This document shows positions 59,712 through 64,000 of a DNA stretch of 64,000 nucleotides, in pieces (within the stretch, counting starts at the first letter, position 1; each line of letters starts with the position of its first letter). The DNA lies in assembly GCA_051252135.1 (NCBI GenBank), contig JBPOGH010000003.1:192001-256000 (forward strand). The letters are read 5' to 3'. A program made the position numbers and the translations under genes. This DNA is from Verrucomicrobiaceae bacterium. GTDB lineage: Bacteria; Verrucomicrobiota; Verrucomicrobiia; Verrucomicrobiales; Akkermansiaceae. Under the pieces are notes generated by a model that was not told where the DNA came from, ran no database searches, and saw only the letters and a list, made by a program, of their open reading frames with translations.

Positions 59712-60974
59712 CTACAGCTCGTAGCACATGAGGCGGTCTTGCTCGCGGAGGTAGAGCTTGCCATCGGCGACGACGGGGTGGGCCCAGGACTCGGCTTCCT
59801 GGTGGGCGGGCATAAAGGAGCCTTTGAGCCTGTAGCCTTTGGGAGAGGCTTCGATGAGGGCGACGTGTCCGCTTTGGTAGCGGTAGATGAGGTGGCCATC
59901 GACGTAGGTGACGCAGGCGGATCCGTGTCCGGGGCCTTTTTCGGGGCCCCATTTGACCTCGCCGGTTTTCAGTTCGACGCAGATGGGGTCACCGCCGTTG
60001 TGCTTGTGGGCGCAGTAGATGTGGCCATCGACGAGGACCATGCCGCCGTGGTGGTTTTGGAGGGTTTTGGGTTTGAGGAAGTAGACTTCCTCGGCGACGG
60101 CGCCGCTGCCTTTCGGGACGAGTTTGAGAAGGGCGGACCCTGTGCCGTAGCCGGTGGAGCAGAAGACGTAGTCGCCCTCGACAATGGGAGTGGGGATGTT
60201 GGCGGTGGAGTTGGCGACGTCATTGTAGTTCCACATGAAGCGGCCGTCCTTGGCGCGGACGCCGATGACGCCGCGTCCGGTCATTTGGACGTATTGTTTC
60301 ACGCCGCCGCCATTGGAGATGACGATGGAACCGTAGCCGGCTCCGTCTTTTCCTTTCTTGCCGACGTCACCGAGTTTCGTTTTCCACTTGGTGGCTCCGG
60401 TCATTTTATCGAGGGAGACCATGAAGGCTTTGTCGGAACCGGGGGTGCAGATGACGCGGTCGCCATCGACAAGGGGAGATTCGGAAAAGCCCCAGCCGGA
60501 CATCATTTTGCCGTCCCATTCTTCTTTGAAATCCTTGGACCAGAGGACGTTGCCCTTGGTGCTGAGGCAGGCGATGACGCCGTTGGAGGTGGTGAGGTAG
60601 ATGCGGTCGCCATCGACGGTGGGAACGGAGCGGGCACCGCCGTAGCCGTGCTCGGGGACGTGATCGGTGACGGGAGTTTGCCAGAGGAGGGAGCCGTCTT
60701 TTTGGGAAAAGGCGGAAGCGCCCTGGCCACCGTCGAAATTACCGGTGGTGTAGATGACGCCATCGGCGACGGAAACGGAGGAAAAGCCGCGGCCTGCGCC
60801 CTCAACATTCCAGAGGAGCTTGGGAGGCGACTTTTCCCAGTCCTTGTTGATCCCGGTTTCAGAGGAGAGCCCGGTGCGGTCGGGACCTCGCCACTGGGGC
60901 CAGTCCTTGGCCTGAAGGAAGGTGGTGGAGCCGAAGGCCATGAGAGAAAGAGTGGCAAGGAGGGAGGAATTCAT
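59712..60974 (-). CDS. PQQ-binding-like beta-propeller protein
   Basis: DWPQWRGP, SESPLVDG, WAHPVVADGKLYLR. Confidence 0.88.
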   Translation of the reverse strand: MNSSLLATLSLMAFGSTTFLQAKDWPQWRGPDRTGLSSETGINKDWEKSPPKLLWNVEGAGRGFSSVSVADGVIYTTGNFDGGQGASAFSQKDGSLLWQTPVTDHVPEHGYGGARSVPTVDGDRIYLTTSNGVIACLSTKGNVLWSKDFKEEWDGKMMSGWGFSESPLVDGDRVICTPGSDKAFMVSLDKMTGATKWKTKLGDVGKKGKDGAGYGSIVISNGGGVKQYVQMTGRGVIGVRAKDGRFMWNYNDVANSTANIPTPIVEGDYVFCSTGYGTGSALLKLVPKGSGAVAEEVYFLKPKTLQNHHGGMVLVDGHIYCAHKHNGGDPICVELKTGEVKWGPEKGPGHGSACVTYVDGHLIYRYQSGHVALIEASPKGYRLKGSFMPAHQEAESWAHPVVADGKLYLREQDRLMCYEL

Positions 60975-61196
60975 CCCTTTGATTACGTCAGGGATTCTTT
61001 GTTTCTACGATGAAAAAATAGGGAGCTCCCCTGCCCTGCTGCCTGATCCCGGAGGCCCATTTGAAAAGATGACCCAAGCCGCCCTAAAAAAATAGTCTCC
61101 TGTAAAGAAACAAGGCACAACCGGGGTTGATGACACCGTTGTCTCTCTGACGAATTACTCCGCGAGACGCCACATCTGACTCTTTCCTAAAATACC

Positions 61197-63569
61197 ATGA
61201 AACGGAACCACTCCCATCCTGTCCTTATGACCAGTGCCTTTTTGGCAGCTTTGGCCACCTCGGCCTCCGCGCAGCTCACCTGGACTCCCGATACCAATAC
61301 ATTTTGGGACCTCACAACTGCCAATTGGACCGATAGCTCCTCCCCTCCCCCGGTTCGCTGGGACAACACGGGAGCGCAGGAGGCGATTTTTGCCGATCCT
61401 CTGGGAAGCTCTGTTCAGGTGGCCGACGGCGGGGTTGTCGTGGGAAATTTGACCACCTCGGGAGTTTTGAGCCTGCAATCCGTGAACGATAATCTGGGGC
61501 GGATCACGATCAAAAGCGGAGGAGCGATCTGGAATACCGGAGGTTTCGAGATTGGGTTCCTGAACGATCTCGTCAACGACACTCCGCTATCGATTTTATC
61601 GGGGGATACGCTGGCCATCGCAGGTGGCGGCACCTTCGACACCGGGGAGAAGCCGGGCACTGACAATGTTGCCAATTGGGTCGCGGCAGGGGCCACCCTT
61701 GATCTCACGGAATCCACGGTGGTGCGGGGCAACGCCCGGAGCATTGGCCAATTTGGCACGGTGAATCTTGTTGATGGCAGCACTTACATCCACGAGCGCA
61801 ATTCGGACGAAAGTTATGCCAACGACTGGACACTCGGCGCCGGGACGGTGGTGTTTGGCAACCGTTTCAATCGTAATTTCAATCTGAACGGCGTGGTGAG
61901 CGGCGAGGGGACGCTTCATGTTCTTAATCTGGGAAGCCGGCGCCTCCGGCTGAACAATGTCGCCAACAGCTTTTCCGGCGGCTTGATTATCGATAGTTCA
62001 GGCAATCGCACCGAGCTTTTCGTGCAAGGCCCGGGTCTCCCGTCCAGTGGCGACGGAGCGCTGGGAGCTGTTCCCGCGACTTTTGACCCCGACAACATCA
62101 TCCTCCGTGAAGGTGGTGAGATTAAGTTCCTGGGTATGGTCGACATCGACTCCAACCGTGGAATCACCCTTGATGGAGGAATCGCTGAAAATAAATCCGG
62201 GGTCATTGCCATTTCCGGGAGCCCCGTGACCTACGGTGGAACGATCACCGGCACCGGTGGACTTCAGGTGGGGTCGACAGTGGGGAATGATGCCAATGGC
62301 ATTCTGCTGACAAGTGATACCCACGACTACACCGGCGGCACCACGATTCACCAAGGACGTCTCATTCTTGGGATCGATGAAGCCTTGCCTTCCGATACGA
62401 CCCTCACCATCGGAGGCAAGAACAGCTCTCTCTTCGTCCTCAATGGCTTCACGCAGACTCTCTCCGGTCTGACCACTGCAGGGAACAACACCCGCCAAAT
62501 CATCAACTTTGATGCCGCCACATCTCCCTCGGTTCCGGCCACCGCCGGGACGGTGATCTTGGACATCACAGACCTGGTCGAGGCCGATCAGGAGTTTGTC
62601 TTTGGCTCCGCCTTCGGGGTCAACGAGAACACCGATGCGGGCAACCTCAATATCATTAAAAATGGTGCCGGGGCCATCCGGCTGGACAATGTGAGAGTTG
62701 CAGGCACCGTCGATATCAACACGGGCGGTCTTCAGCTCGGAAACTCGGTGGGCAGCTGCGCCGTGGGAGAGCTCACGAACAATGCTTCCCTCGTCATTGA
62801 TGAAGCGATCACCGCCTCCTCCTACGCTGCTGGAGCGAGCAGCGAGACGACCTTTAACTGGGAAGTCTCGGACTGGACCGGTGCGGCCGGAACAGGCTTC
62901 ACGCAACTCACAGTGACGGGAGATGTGACCCTTGATCCCACCAGCACCCTCAACATCGTGGTGGAAGAAGCAGACCTGGTAAATTTCACTGACGAGGCTG
63001 CCAGCTTCCAGATTACCGTCATCGGAGGAACAACGACCCTCACGCCGAACTTCACTCTCGATACCTCTGGCTTCACATCTGGAAGCGGAACTTGGGCTCT
63101 CCGCCCGGATGGAGAGAATCTCTTCCTCGATTACACTGCAGGTGCCGCCGGTTCCTACACCGATTGGGCCGATGGATTTACGGGTCTTACCGGTGGCTTC
63201 GGAGACGATGATGACAGCGATGGGGTGACCAATGGTTTTGAGTATTTCTTTTTCAATAGTGATCCGACCGTGGCCAGCAATTTGGGAGCAGCCTTGTCTG
63301 CAAATGGCACTTCGGGTTCCGGAGACTTCGTCTTTTCCCACGATCGTCCGCTGGATCTCTCCGACGTGACGGTGACTTACGAGTGGTCGACGGCCCTTGA
63401 TGGTGACTGGACCGCGAGCGGCGTGGAGAATGGCGGGACGACGGTCACCATCACTCCCAGTGCGATTGCTCCAGCCGCAACCGGCTATGAGACCGTGACA
63501 CTGACGGCCTCCAGCGCACCTGCGACCTTGGAGAAGGTCTTTGTGCGGGTGGTGGTGAGCATGCCTTAG
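61197..63569 (+). CDS. Autotransporter-associated beta-strand repeat protein
   Basis: NSFSGG and YTGGTTIHQGRL repeats, C-terminal DDDSDGVTNGFEYFF motif; no beta-barrel. Confidence 0.82.
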   Translation: MKRNHSHPVLMTSAFLAALATSASAQLTWTPDTNTFWDLTTANWTDSSSPPPVRWDNTGAQEAIFADPLGSSVQVADGGVVVGNLTTSGVLSLQSVNDNLGRITIKSGGAIWNTGGFEIGFLNDLVNDTPLSILSGDTLAIAGGGTFDTGEKPGTDNVANWVAAGATLDLTESTVVRGNARSIGQFGTVNLVDGSTYIHERNSDESYANDWTLGAGTVVFGNRFNRNFNLNGVVSGEGTLHVLNLGSRRLRLNNVANSFSGGLIIDSSGNRTELFVQGPGLPSSGDGALGAVPATFDPDNIILREGGEIKFLGMVDIDSNRGITLDGGIAENKSGVIAISGSPVTYGGTITGTGGLQVGSTVGNDANGILLTSDTHDYTGGTTIHQGRLILGIDEALPSDTTLTIGGKNSSLFVLNGFTQTLSGLTTAGNNTRQIINFDAATSPSVPATAGTVILDITDLVEADQEFVFGSAFGVNENTDAGNLNIIKNGAGAIRLDNVRVAGTVDINTGGLQLGNSVGSCAVGELTNNASLVIDEAITASSYAAGASSETTFNWEVSDWTGAAGTGFTQLTVTGDVTLDPTSTLNIVVEEADLVNFTDEAASFQITVIGGTTTLTPNFTLDTSGFTSGSGTWALRPDGENLFLDYTAGAAGSYTDWADGFTGLTGGFGDDDDSDGVTNGFEYFFFNSDPTVASNLGAALSANGTSGSGDFVFSHDRPLDLSDVTVTYEWSTALDGDWTASGVENGGTTVTITPSAIAPAATGYETVTLTASSAPATLEKVFVRVVVSMP

Positions 63570-63585
63570 TGAATCACCTTTTGAG

Positions 63586-63622
63586 AAAGCCTCGGGAGCG
63601 ATGTGCTTCCGGGGCTTTTTTT
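63586..63622 (+). terminator. Rho-independent terminator
   Basis: AAAGCCTCGGGAGC-GATGT-GCTTCCGGGGCTTTTTTT. Confidence 0.75.
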
Positions 63623-63732
63623 AGGGTTCGAGGATGGGAACCCCGGGTTGAGGATCGGGATTCTTCCGGAGCTGCTTTGCGCGGTGAAGAGATGGACGTT
63701 GTGCAGCGCCCGTTGATTGGTGAGTGTAGGCC

Positions 63733-64000
63733 GTGCACGTATCGTTTGAAGATCTTCAGTTGTCGCCTGCATTGATTGGGGTGGTTCGTGATCTTGGTTA
63801 CGTCGAGCCGACTCCGATTCAGGTGGAGGCGATTCCGGCGCTGTTGGCAGGGCGGGATGTGATTGGGCAGTCGCGGACAGGGAGTGGGAAGACGGCGGCT
63901 TTTGCGCTGCCGATCTTGCAGGGGATTGAGGTGGGGCGACGGGAGTTGCAGGCGTTGGTGCTTTGTCCGACTCGGGAGCTCACGGCGCAGGTGGGGCGGG
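63733..64000 (+). CDS. DEAD/DEAH-box RNA helicase, 5' part (runs off window)
   Basis: Manual translation from GTG 63733: SFEDLQL...GYVEPTPIQ (Q motif)...SRTGSGKT (motif I)...LCPTREL (motif Ia). Not in the ORF track. Confidence 0.93.
   Translation, partial: MHVSFEDLQLSPALIGVVRDLGYVEPTPIQVEAIPALLAGRDVIGQSRTGSGKTAAFALPILQGIEVGRRELQALVLCPTRELTAQVGR

Noticed and set aside
1..64000. CRISPR arrays, tRNA/rRNA genes, transposases, integrases, selABCD
   Set aside because: None recognised by eye; a tRNA-Sec or small RNA could be missed without covariance searches.

Overview
High-GC bacterial chromosomal segment whose gene content points to Verrucomicrobiota (PVC): PEP-CTERM proteins, an ECF sigma/FecR-LamG pair, DUF1592/DUF1552, a PVC-type heme-binding protein, PhoD and a sulfatase. 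Housekeeping genes are ribF, ftsZ, sufCBD, carB and a partial DEAD-box helicase. The most striking observation is two genes flanking carB, each split by the ORF track at a single in-frame TGA but reading on in frame into the next ORF. Each TGA is followed by a SECIS-like hairpin with a GGUC-containing loop, so both are candidate exported selenoproteins: a jelly-roll + thioredoxin-like protein (22068-23723, +) and an FG-GAP/ASPIC-UnbV/redoxin protein (27089-30088, -). Other points of interest are an Irr-like Fur-family gene with a perfect ICE-like palindrome ahead of sufCBD, an unusual Tm-1-like/lsrF/epimerase/SDR catabolic operon, a C-terminal domain shared by several secreted proteins, a dispersed REP-like repeat family, and a reversal of strand C/G asymmetry near 42-48 kb. 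No rRNA, tRNA, CRISPR array, transposase or sel genes were recognised. All family calls come from motif recognition by eye, not from database searches.
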